Assembly: GCA_049314435.1 (NCBI GenBank)
Contig: JBMOFD010000034.1
Location: 1 to 18,889 of the forward strand
DNA: 18,889 nucleotides
DNA from: Chlamydiia bacterium
Lineage (GTDB): Bacteria; Chlamydiota; Chlamydiia; Chlamydiales; JBMOFD01
Reading direction: 5' to 3'
The position numbers and the translations under genes are program-made. The notes beneath the pieces were generated by a model that had not been told where the DNA came from, did no database searches, and saw only the letters and a program-made list of their open reading frames with translations. Below, one piece after another: positions 1 to 8,490 of the stretch. Positions within the stretch are counted from its first letter, which is position 1; each line of letters opens with the position of its first letter.

Positions 1-107
1 GTGTCTCAGAAGGAATTTGAGGTTGGCTATGACCTTACATCCTAAGATTTATAAAAGGCCCACTCGCGAGAGTGGGAATCTCATCGGATTTACCCGATCG
101 AGAGAAG

Positions 108-1574
108 TCAACAAGGATCGTAGAACAGTTCGTCCGTCCGGTCGGTCATATCCACGTCTTCCACAGAATTGGTGGCCGGCACGTTCTGGTGCCATGTGTC
201 ATCAGACGGACTCTCATCACGTATCTGGACGGGCACGACCTGTCTAGTTGGGTTTGGGGCAATAGCCGCTGCATCCAGTTGGGCTACAGTCGAATGAGAC
301 GATCCCTGATGCGCTCTCTCAATGAAGCCCCACGGTACTGATGCTTGGACTGACGCGGCTAGCGCTGGCAAAGCCGGATTGATGGAAATCGGATTGCGAC
401 GCAGATCAAAATGCCCGATACCTTGAGCCCAGTGCTTGAATTCGTCGGACAACGTCGTCACTTGGTTGTCCTCGAGGTTGACTTCGATCAACTCCCTTAA
501 TCCCATCATTTCGACGGGCAGGCTCGTCAGACGATTTTGGTTAAGGTAGAGCTGCCGGAGGCGGCCTAGCCGTCCAATCTCGCTGGAAATCGCCTCTAGT
601 TGGTTGTTGGATACATCCAACCTTTCCAGTTGATTCAACTCACCAATCCATGCCCCTAGACGATGAAGCCGGTTGTGGTCCAGGACGAGATGCCGCAAAT
701 TACCTAGGAATCTGAACTCTGGAGGGAGCAGGCTCAGGCCTAGGGATGCAAGGTCGAGCCGCTGTAGCCCTGCTAACCAGGGGCCATGCCTGCTCATCCA
801 ATTTCGCCATGCATAAGCCTTAACGGCCAGCACCCCCTGCTGTCCCAGGTCGATTTCCAAGGCGCGTTGCAGGGCGGGCGCCATCACCATGAGGCCGGTG
901 TCTAACAACGCTGCTTGTTCTTCAAGGCTCTCAGGAAGATCGGTTGGTACTAGACCTGAGGCTTGCAGCAACCGCTGCATCTCAGCGATCAAAACTTCTT
1001 TCCACATCAATGGCCCTTCATGAGGGAATCGCATGCGAATTGCCTCAATGCGGTCAGTGAAGGCCGCGGAGCTCTCTAGAGCACTCCAATTTGATAGAAA
1101 CACGCTCTCCCACAAATCAAGGCCATTAGGAACGTGGTTGCAGGACTCTCCTAACACTACATTTTGAGCATTGGCCAGGACTTCCAAAGGTGGTTGTGGA
1201 GCCAGTTGAGCAACAACCATCTCCCCAAAGATCTCCCTAAGAGCCAACAAGATGGTCGGGCTGTCTGCGAAATCGGGATCACAGATCCAGTAGCGCCATA
1301 TGTCAGGAGGTAATTCCGGAATCCGCTCCTCCGCCGGATGATCGAGTTCTGGGCTCAATGAAGGGTCGAGTTGAGTGCCTCCGAGCTCAGCAGTCGCCAG
1401 CTCTATCATGGACGACCTTGAACCCCACTCCAGATCGGGATTGACCACCTCAGCCATATCAGAAAACGTTCGACTGACTGCCCTCTGTACCACGAGCTCC
1501 ACACCAGCCTTGGACGAAATTTCCAAGGTAGGTGGACAGCTTTGGCACCGGGCAGGACCTATTGCTCCTAACAT
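108..1574 (-). CDS. Leucine-rich repeat protein with degenerate N-terminal F-box-like motif (putative effector)
   Basis: 488-aa ORF with ATG at 1574 and an in-frame TAG just upstream (1584-1586). It has five complete ~23-aa LRRs plus one partial (LQRLDLASLGLSLLPPEF, LRHLVLDHNRLHRL, LERLDVSNNQLEAI, LRQLYLNQNRLTSLP, LIEVNLEDNQVTTL, FDLRRNPI) at ~390-775. An F-box-like IPELPPDIWRYWI begins at aa 85. Confidence 0.85.
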   Translation of the reverse strand: MLGAIGPARCQSCPPTLEISSKAGVELVVQRAVSRTFSDMAEVVNPDLEWGSRSSMIELATAELGGTQLDPSLSPELDHPAEERIPELPPDIWRYWICDPDFADSPTILLALREIFGEMVVAQLAPQPPLEVLANAQNVVLGESCNHVPNGLDLWESVFLSNWSALESSAAFTDRIEAIRMRFPHEGPLMWKEVLIAEMQRLLQASGLVPTDLPESLEEQAALLDTGLMVMAPALQRALEIDLGQQGVLAVKAYAWRNWMSRHGPWLAGLQRLDLASLGLSLLPPEFRFLGNLRHLVLDHNRLHRLGAWIGELNQLERLDVSNNQLEAISSEIGRLGRLRQLYLNQNRLTSLPVEMMGLRELIEVNLEDNQVTTLSDEFKHWAQGIGHFDLRRNPISINPALPALAASVQASVPWGFIERAHQGSSHSTVAQLDAAAIAPNPTRQVVPVQIRDESPSDDTWHQNVPATNSVEDVDMTDRTDELFYDPC

Positions 1575-1790
1575 ATGGACGCTCTAAGGGAAATCGTTCG
1601 ACATTACGGGCGAATACTATAGATGAAGCCTTGAAAATCTGTGCCTTGATGACAGTTTGCACCCTGGGAGCTCTCTACAGGATCCCTACAGCAAGGAGGG
1701 GACCCGGGTCGGATCGGCAGCTGAGATTCCGGCGCTCTGGCAGAACCGTTGGCACTCCATGCCTCCCTGTCTAACAGCCCTATTTGCAGC

Positions 1791-1875
1791 AACTTAAGCA
1801 ACTATAATTATTAATTCACGTTTACTAAAAATAACCAATATATCATATTACTATGTCTTAAATAAACAAATCATG
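1791..1875. promoter_or_regulatory. AT-rich divergent promoter region between the LRR and kinase genes
   Basis: Abrupt AT-rich tract in GC-rich DNA between divergent genes. Candidate minus-strand promoter TTTAGT(1829-1824)-N17-TATAGT(1806-1801). A plus-strand TATAAT lies at 1803-1808. Confidence 0.5.
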
Positions 1876-1883
1876 GTGTTTCA

Positions 1884-3791
1884 TTGCGAGCAGGTTCTGT
1901 AGCTTCTGATCCCAGAAAGTCATGTGAGGCAGATCCCTCCTCCCCCTTCCATCCCATTCGTCATCCGGGGATGGAGGGCGGCCCTTCCCTTACTCAACGA
2001 ACAGCCGTAGTCTCGTCCGTTCTATCTTCATCTTCGACCGAGACCCCACCCGATTCTAGGAGCTCAACAAGAGTTTTCAGCGCGCTCGACCTGACGGGCG
2101 ACGATCAAGTCGCTCACGGGACCAGCACCTCTAGAACGGTCCATTTTGAATATGCGCCAAGCCCGTATCCCAACGAAAAGCCCTCCGTTAGAGACCGTGC
2201 TCAGTTTCCCTCATTGGACTCCTCGGATTCTCTCGGCGACGTAGAGGCGGCTCTTGAAGTTCTCAACTTCTCTCCGGACGGGTCTAGAACTTCTACACCC
2301 TGCTCGAACCAGGCCACTCCTGTTTCATGGAAGGAATGCGGACCGCTCTCCACGGTCGATGCAGAGATTCAGTCCCTATGGGAAAGTCTGTTAAACGACC
2401 CATACTCTACTGAAGACCCTTCTCGTCTGGGCATGTACCAACAAGCCCGAGCTAGTACGGTGGTCCTGCCCCTGGCCCATAGCGAACAGTTTGCGTCGGT
2501 CCGGATCAGCAGTCCGATCCCCTCCTCTGCTAGGTCCCCCGCCAAACAGTCTCCAAAGAGCCCTGCCAAGAGCCCCTCAAGGCGCTTTTCAACCAGAAGG
2601 CTCTCGCCGGGATCCCCTAGCAAGAGAGAGACTTCTTCGTCATCCGAGGCGGTGTCTTCCGATCGTGGTTGCGGCGAGGACTCTTGGATGACGATCACTG
2701 GCCACGCTCGTCAGATTGCGGCCCATGTGCGTATGGTTGGGAAAGGAGCTCTTGGAGAGGTGTACAAAATCATCTCCATGGCGCAGCAGAACCACCAGGG
2801 ATCACGATGGCACTCTGGCTCCAGCGTGTATTCTCCCCAGATCGTGATGAAATTTTGTAAGTATTACTCCAACGAGGAGATGCCCGATACGTTGGATGCC
2901 TCCATTCGTAGTGAGGTTGCTCTACAAACAGAGCTGGCACAGGCCGATTTGACGCCCGGTGTGTACGGATACGTCGTCTCCCAGTTCTACATTCCGAAAG
3001 ACTTTGAGCAACCTGAACTGGTAGCCAAGAAGATTAAGCTACCTGCCACCTGGCACGGCCACTATATCTTCATGGGTGACGGAGGCCCGAGCCTAGAGCG
3101 TTATGGGATTGGTCCAGCCTTTCTGAATGCCCTGCCTCCGGAGTCCTTACCTTCGACCTTTGAGGCCAAATCACCCCAGTCATCAACCGAAGCGCCCCCT
3201 AAGCCACGCATCAAAGAGCCCATTCCGACTACCCTCCGCTTCAGGATCACCCTCGTCTTGCGCGCGCTTGAATGCCTCATGGAGGTTCACAAGCTTGGCT
3301 ATGTTCATGGTGACATCCACCCGAAGCAGTTCGTTGCTGACCAAGAGTTAGCCAACGTAAAGCTCATCGACTGGGGCTCCGGGTGTAGGATCGAGACATC
3401 GGCACACGAACAGCGCGTGGATCCTCACGAGCATGAGGCCGGTGAGATGGTTCGGGAAGCCTGGCATGCTCCCGAAATCCGAGACTTCGAGGTGGACGGC
3501 AAAAATGTACCGGCGGATGTGTATCACATTGTGTATACGATGCTGCTCTCAGTCATCAGCGAGCTCATCGCACCTGAAGAGCCCTTCGTCTACAAGGAGC
3601 CTGCAAAGAGGACTGAACAGCTCCAGCACTACTTCGAGCTGTTGCGCAAGATAAGCCCCGACTTTGCTGTTCTCATGGCCGGGTACTTAGACCCGAATCC
3701 CGAGTCTCGGACGTTCGACCTTGAGCCTCTCATCCACGCTCTGCACGAGCTCATGACTCAGTACGATCTGCATTGGACTCCAGAGGAATAG
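1884..3791 (+). CDS. Hanks-type Ser/Thr protein kinase-like protein with long Ser/Pro-rich N-terminus
   Basis: Kinase subdomains appear in order: GKGALGEVY (Gly loop), IVMK (beta3 Lys), SEVALQ (alphaC Glu), HGDIHPKQF (catalytic loop), LIDWG (DFG equivalent), WHAPE, ADVY and DPNPESR. The start is uncertain (TTG 1884 or ATG 1971). Confidence 0.88.
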   Translation: MRAGSVASDPRKSCEADPSSPFHPIRHPGMEGGPSLTQRTAVVSSVLSSSSTETPPDSRSSTRVFSALDLTGDDQVAHGTSTSRTVHFEYAPSPYPNEKPSVRDRAQFPSLDSSDSLGDVEAALEVLNFSPDGSRTSTPCSNQATPVSWKECGPLSTVDAEIQSLWESLLNDPYSTEDPSRLGMYQQARASTVVLPLAHSEQFASVRISSPIPSSARSPAKQSPKSPAKSPSRRFSTRRLSPGSPSKRETSSSSEAVSSDRGCGEDSWMTITGHARQIAAHVRMVGKGALGEVYKIISMAQQNHQGSRWHSGSSVYSPQIVMKFCKYYSNEEMPDTLDASIRSEVALQTELAQADLTPGVYGYVVSQFYIPKDFEQPELVAKKIKLPATWHGHYIFMGDGGPSLERYGIGPAFLNALPPESLPSTFEAKSPQSSTEAPPKPRIKEPIPTTLRFRITLVLRALECLMEVHKLGYVHGDIHPKQFVADQELANVKLIDWGSGCRIETSAHEQRVDPHEHEAGEMVREAWHAPEIRDFEVDGKNVPADVYHIVYTMLLSVISELIAPEEPFVYKEPAKRTEQLQHYFELLRKISPDFAVLMAGYLDPNPESRTFDLEPLIHALHELMTQYDLHWTPEE

Positions 3792-3815
3792 GAGCGACTC
3801 CAGAGGAATAGGAGC
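3776..3815 (+). repeat. Perfect 20-bp tandem duplication spanning the kinase stop codon
   Basis: GACTCCAGAGGAATAGGAGC occurs at 3776-3795 and 3796-3815. Confidence 0.97.
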
Positions 3816-3846
3816 TTGGCCTCACCGCTCTGCACTATGAGGGCCG

Positions 3847-6800
3847 CTACTCGCCCAATTTAGACCGCTTGACTGGAGGCTCGTTGTCATCTACGAACCA
3901 GCTGTTGACAAGCGCTTCGGGATCCAAAGGCTGGACGCTGCTGCTGCATAGATCTGTGTCGGTCATCTCACTATGAGTCCTCGTTCTGCCAGGCGCTTGT
4001 GTAGACGTTTGTTCTGGGCGATGGAGATGGTTTGCTCGGACCAAGTTCTGTTGGGAGAAGATCATAGGGAGAAGGCTTTGTAGTTCCTCTAGCCCGCCCG
4101 GCCTCAATTGGTTGATGACCTTCAATAGCTCATACTCTCCAATGGATTGGGACATCCGATCAAAAATAGTCGCTAGATGCGCACGCGCCCGGTCATCGAG
4201 CCTGTTGACGAAGGCGTCCCCCCGCTGGCCCCGTATGTCTCGCCGGAGGACCGTCAATAGGTGTATCGAATTTTCCGGCGTAAAGGCGAAGGCTGACGAA
4301 TAGAACTTGGCCAACCGGGGTAATCCGAATTGCCACTGTGGAGCGTCAATCGGAATCCCTTCCTCGCTGATCCTACGGCGTGCTCCGAGATCAAATAATC
4401 CTAATTGCCACTGTGGAGCGCCATTCGAAGTTCCTTCCTCCTCGATTTCGCTGGTCGCCCTGACGACAGCGGAAGCAAGGTGCTCCGGAGCGATTTCATA
4501 CCCCATACTCAACAACTCCCGGACGGTCTCTGGGGTAGGGCCTTGGTATCGGTTTTCCATCATCCAGAGAAGGAGGTAGTTTTCTAAGCCCAGGTAGTGT
4601 TTTTCAGGGTGAATCTCCGCTGAAAGTTGTATGTAGGCTCTAATTCTATTCAGAACTTTTCCAGCCTCGGCTGCGCCCGTTGTCTGGACCAGCTTGGCAA
4701 GAAGCTGTCGCCTTGATGCCTCGTGGATCCTGGGGCACGCCTCTAGCTTAAAAAGAAAATTCATGCTGTGCTGCGCTTGGTGTGGGTTTCTTTGACAGAC
4801 AGAGTCCACCATCTTAGACAACACAGCAGGAGGGAATAGAGCAGGCTGGAGGCGCATGAGCGAGAGGATGGCTCTGTCGTAGCCCTCTGCCAGCATATAG
4901 AGTATCGCTTCTTCTGAGGGGGACCAGCCGTGCGAGAAGAGGTACGCTTCAAGCGTATCCTTCTGGGGGGTCTCTTTTTGCATTGCTTCGACAGCTTTTG
5001 TTAACTGGGTGATGTCAAAGTGCTTCTCAATGCCGTCCTGCGGCACAGACCCGTACTTCAAGGCCTCGACCACCAGCGTCGTGAAATTGGCTCCCGGACA
5101 GCACTCGGACATGCTGGTCGTGAGCAGAAGAACTCTTTCCTGGAGCAGCAGCATCTCCTGAGAGGAGAGCGGGTGCCTGCCCGTGGCGCGGAGAAGAGCC
5201 ATCAGCGCAGCGCACACCGCTTTTGCGCCGTGACTCATAAGCAACAACTCAAACACATCCTGCTGCAGGGCAGCAAAGAACAGTTTTCTGGGCAGTGGAT
5301 GGCCAGCGGGCCACCGCTGTAGTACTGCAAGGGTCCCTCGTCTTAGAAACTTAAGCCCTGATACCGCACCCTCCATGAATTTCGCTGAAGGCAAATCGAA
5401 CCGTACAGAGTGCCCCATGTCGTTCGTCCACACAAGGAGCGGACTGTTCGTCAAAGCCTGGACCATCAGCTCGGGCAAATTACGCCCGATGACGCATTCA
5501 AATGAGCTCGCCGCAATGACCGGCACTCCCTCGCAACTTAGAGGAAGTTGAATACCCGGTTGCTCTGGCCGAGCGTCACGCGCGGCACCGCAATGGATGG
5601 CGACATGGATCATCAACTCCAGCAACAGTTCATGGCCATCACTGCGATGACCCAGAACGACAAGGAGTCGGTTCAGGAGGTTCGGAGTATATTGAATACC
5701 TCGGCTCACGAGTGCCTTAAACCCCTCTCGCTCAAGCCCATGAGATGCCGCGACGATCACATCCTCAGGGACGAACACATATCGTCTCTCCTCCGAGACC
5801 TTCGCCCAATTGAGAATGAGGGCTCGGTAGTCATTCTCGGGAAACGCTTCTCTAGAGTGATCTCGCTCTAGTTGAAGGTAGGTCGTCTCCGATAGTGCTG
5901 CCCGGCATTGGATCAGAAGCTCACTGAAAGCGACTTTCGATTCATTGTTGGCGCCAGGGCCTTGATCATGATGCACCGCATCCAAGAGGCCGCACTCAAC
6001 GAGTCGCGCTAGTGAGCGTGTCCTGAATAGAGCCCCGCCCTGTCTGACCAGCGGGCCATCGACTTGCTCCCTCCGCTCCTTCGGGTCATCTAAGAACCGA
6101 GTGCCGAAGAACTCACCCAGCAAGAAGAGAAAGATCTCCCGCTGGTTGCAGACCACAGACTCCATCAGCATCCAGCCCAACCAAGTCTCTCTCCCCTGGT
6201 AGATGGAATCAGTATGGAGTGCTTTGACTGACACCCATGTATTCAACAGAGCACGGAGCAGCCGAAGGTGACCTCCATGAATACACCTTCGAATCATCTG
6301 ATTGGAAGGCAAGATCCTGGTCTCTTTCATGAGTTGCAGGAGCTGGATCCCCTCTGGACCGAGGAGCCCGGTCTCGAGAGCTCCCTCTAATTTGGTTTCA
6401 ATGAACTGGTTATTTTCGAAGGGCTCGAAATAGGAGCACCCTTCATACGACTCCGCGTGAGCATCTGGGCATAGGCCGACTGCATCTGATGTGATCTCTG
6501 TCACCCGCTGGCTGAGAGCCTGGTCCAGCCTGTGCATAAGGATGCGACTCAACAGAAACTTCAAGGGAGCGTTTCCGGCCTCGAGCATGGCCCTGGCCCT
6601 AAAGCCGATACCCTCTCCTTCAAAAACAAACTCCAACTTCTCCTTCAGTCGCTGCCACAAGACAGGCAGACGGGCGCGATCGACCGCTTTCAGATCGATG
6701 GCGGGGCCCCATGACACGGTATTGTCCCACCACGTCGTCTCGCGTCCCCTTGTCTCGAGATGCTTACGTCTGGTGTAGTACTCAATGGCACCGATGTACA

Positions 6801-7590
6801 CTTGGTCCATGGCTCGTTGCCATCCGCCAACGCCACCGTCTTCTCGAGCGAGCGTAGTTCGCGGTCCAGTCCTGGGCTTTAGCTGCTCCCTGGGGGCCTT
6901 ATGCCCTAAATAGCGCGTCCTCTCCGGAAAGATGGCCCGACCCGGCCGAGAGGCTGTCTCTTCGACCGTGCTCAACCATGTGGCAGCCTCTGTCCCTAAT
7001 TCGCGACAGTCCCCCCTCGTCAAAAGCCCGTTCTCAAGACCTTCTCGTAGGAGATCCGTCACCGCTGGCGGCTGGGCAGCTTCATCCCTTTCCCCACCAT
7101 GAATCTCAGTCGCTCCTTGGATGGCCTGCACTGCATTAAGAAAGTCCCTGCGCTGATCGGCAGCTGGTCTAAACGTCTCTATGCCCCCCACCCTGGAAAA
7201 TCCGACCTCGGGCGCCAGTTCTCTGAGGTCAGACTGTAGCAAGAGCAGCTGATCAGAAAGCGTATGGCGCTCCTCGATCGGCGGGGCTGCCGCGAGTCGT
7301 TCGCGAACGAGGTCGATCTTCTGAGCGATCTCGTTCATGCAATACTCGCGGTCCTGAGAGCGATAGAGACCCACAAGCTCGCGTATCCTTGGAGACAGCG
7401 CCTTCCACAGCGCCTTGTACCTCATATCGACCGATCGGATGTCCGGGACGTCGATCATCTCACAAAATACCTTGCAGACCCGTCTTGCCCGTACAAGGTC
7501 CGTGGGCTCGACTAAGCCGTAGATAGTCCAGAATATTTCTGGAGTGCGCAAGACCTGGCAAACTGATTTATCTGTCCGTTGGACTGTCAT
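3847..7590 (-). CDS. F-box-like large protein, paralog A (1247 aa), putative effector
   Basis: Long ORF with ATG at 7590 and an in-frame TGA shortly upstream. N-terminal F-box-like PEIFWTIYGLVEPTDLVRARRVCKVF. Collinear similarity to 8491..12234 (GPRTTL..GGWQRAMDQ, YFEPFE, LMESVV, ASSFECV, IFSQQNL). C-terminal PPVKRSKL. Confidence 0.85.
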   Translation of the reverse strand: MTVQRTDKSVCQVLRTPEIFWTIYGLVEPTDLVRARRVCKVFCEMIDVPDIRSVDMRYKALWKALSPRIRELVGLYRSQDREYCMNEIAQKIDLVRERLAAAPPIEERHTLSDQLLLLQSDLRELAPEVGFSRVGGIETFRPAADQRRDFLNAVQAIQGATEIHGGERDEAAQPPAVTDLLREGLENGLLTRGDCRELGTEAATWLSTVEETASRPGRAIFPERTRYLGHKAPREQLKPRTGPRTTLAREDGGVGGWQRAMDQVYIGAIEYYTRRKHLETRGRETTWWDNTVSWGPAIDLKAVDRARLPVLWQRLKEKLEFVFEGEGIGFRARAMLEAGNAPLKFLLSRILMHRLDQALSQRVTEITSDAVGLCPDAHAESYEGCSYFEPFENNQFIETKLEGALETGLLGPEGIQLLQLMKETRILPSNQMIRRCIHGGHLRLLRALLNTWVSVKALHTDSIYQGRETWLGWMLMESVVCNQREIFLFLLGEFFGTRFLDDPKERREQVDGPLVRQGGALFRTRSLARLVECGLLDAVHHDQGPGANNESKVAFSELLIQCRAALSETTYLQLERDHSREAFPENDYRALILNWAKVSEERRYVFVPEDVIVAASHGLEREGFKALVSRGIQYTPNLLNRLLVVLGHRSDGHELLLELMIHVAIHCGAARDARPEQPGIQLPLSCEGVPVIAASSFECVIGRNLPELMVQALTNSPLLVWTNDMGHSVRFDLPSAKFMEGAVSGLKFLRRGTLAVLQRWPAGHPLPRKLFFAALQQDVFELLLMSHGAKAVCAALMALLRATGRHPLSSQEMLLLQERVLLLTTSMSECCPGANFTTLVVEALKYGSVPQDGIEKHFDITQLTKAVEAMQKETPQKDTLEAYLFSHGWSPSEEAILYMLAEGYDRAILSLMRLQPALFPPAVLSKMVDSVCQRNPHQAQHSMNFLFKLEACPRIHEASRRQLLAKLVQTTGAAEAGKVLNRIRAYIQLSAEIHPEKHYLGLENYLLLWMMENRYQGPTPETVRELLSMGYEIAPEHLASAVVRATSEIEEEGTSNGAPQWQLGLFDLGARRRISEEGIPIDAPQWQFGLPRLAKFYSSAFAFTPENSIHLLTVLRRDIRGQRGDAFVNRLDDRARAHLATIFDRMSQSIGEYELLKVINQLRPGGLEELQSLLPMIFSQQNLVRANHLHRPEQTSTQAPGRTRTHSEMTDTDLCSSSVQPLDPEALVNSWFVDDNEPPVKRSKLGE
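4321..4440. repeat. Imperfect 45-bp in-frame direct repeat (75-bp period) within paralog A
   Basis: 4321-4365 and 4396-4440 match at 39/45 positions, encoding EEGTSNGAPQWQLGL and EEGIPIDAPQWQFGL. Confidence 0.9.
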
Positions 7591-7710
7591 TGAAGCACCC
7601 CGCGTAAATCAAACATACTAACAGCGCCAATGGAGGATATAAATTCATAATCTTTATTGTTTGATCTATCACGCGAGGGTGCCTACGCCCTCTGAAACCA
7701 AGCAGTCAGG

Positions 7711-7743
7711 CCATGTCGCCGGAGCGCTCCAACGGCGAAATGG
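7711..7743 (-). terminator. Possible stem-loop downstream of dcd
   Basis: CCAT-G-TCGCCG-(11 nt)-CGGCGA-A-ATGG forms 10 bp with one mismatch, 60 nt after the dcd stop. There is no clear U-tract. Confidence 0.3.
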
Positions 7744-7802
7744 ATCCACGATCGGGGGACCGAAAATCCGCTAGAAGCCTTCTCGCTCAATGAGTGGGCG
7801 TA

Positions 7803-8378
7803 TCACGAAGAGGTTGTCGATAGAGGGTCGTCCCTCGCCACCATTTCGGGCGCAAAGTTGGCCCAATTGTCTCGTGCAAACCGCCCTATTTGGCAGTAAG
7901 AGACGGCTGGCACCGAAGAAAGATGTGCGAAGAGGAGCTGCCCGATCGCCATCCCAGGCCGCAGGATGATGGGCACGCTATTGAGGTTACAGAGCTCGAG
8001 CGTGATCTGGAGGTAGTGTCCTGGATTGATGAGTCCAGCGGTGTTATGGACCATGAGACCCACGCGGGCAAGTGACGATTTTCCCCCGAGTTGGATCAGG
8101 AATCGGTCGGAGCCAAAATAGTCTTTGGAACAGCCCAGAACCGAAACGCCTGGATGCAAGACGAACTCTTCTCCGTCGGGGACAAGAATCTCCCTAGTGC
8201 GCGCAAAGACCCCGCGCGACGGGTCTATATAATGGGTTGTATGGTCGTCGTTCACAATGAAACGGTTGCCCAGAAGAATGTCGTAGCTGGCCGGCTGAAG
8301 GCGCTTCTCTTCGAAGTCTCGAATCACAATCTCTTGGCGCTCAAGGGCTGCCCGGATGTCGACGTCGGCAAGGTACAT
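7803..8378 (-). CDS. dcd: dCTP deaminase (trimeric dUTPase superfamily)
   Basis: 191 aa with Dcd motifs LQPASYDILLG, FVLHPG, GKSSLARVGLMVH.TAG.INPG, ITLEL (catalytic Glu) and LRPGMAIGQLLF. Confidence 0.93.
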   Translation of the reverse strand: MYLADVDIRAALERQEIVIRDFEEKRLQPASYDILLGNRFIVNDDHTTHYIDPSRGVFARTREILVPDGEEFVLHPGVSVLGCSKDYFGSDRFLIQLGGKSSLARVGLMVHNTAGLINPGHYLQITLELCNLNSVPIILRPGMAIGQLLFAHLSSVPAVSYCQIGRFARDNWANFAPEMVARDDPLSTTSS

Positions 8379-8490
8379 AGCTTTCCTGTTTAAACAGCAT
8401 CATATGGCAAGGACTTTCACACCTCAATATCTTGAAGCGATCTCGCGTTTTCTAGATCGCTTGCCCAAAGGAGCTGAGTCGGCGCTCAGC

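Noticed and set aside
1575..1801. Short ORFs 1459..1662, 1532..1774 and 1604..1801 upstream of the LRR gene
   Set aside because: They have no recognisable motifs and overlap each other. The region may be a long leader or an eroded N-terminus, but this cannot be supported.
3776..3815. Repeat considered as a mini-CRISPR for the TnpB/Cas12-like gene
   Set aside because: There are only two abutting copies with no spacer, 13 kb from tnpB. No array is seen anywhere in the window.
3818..3845. GGCCTCA/TGAGGGCC inverted repeat between convergent genes
   Set aside because: It is bulged with a large loop and no U-tract, which is too weak to call.
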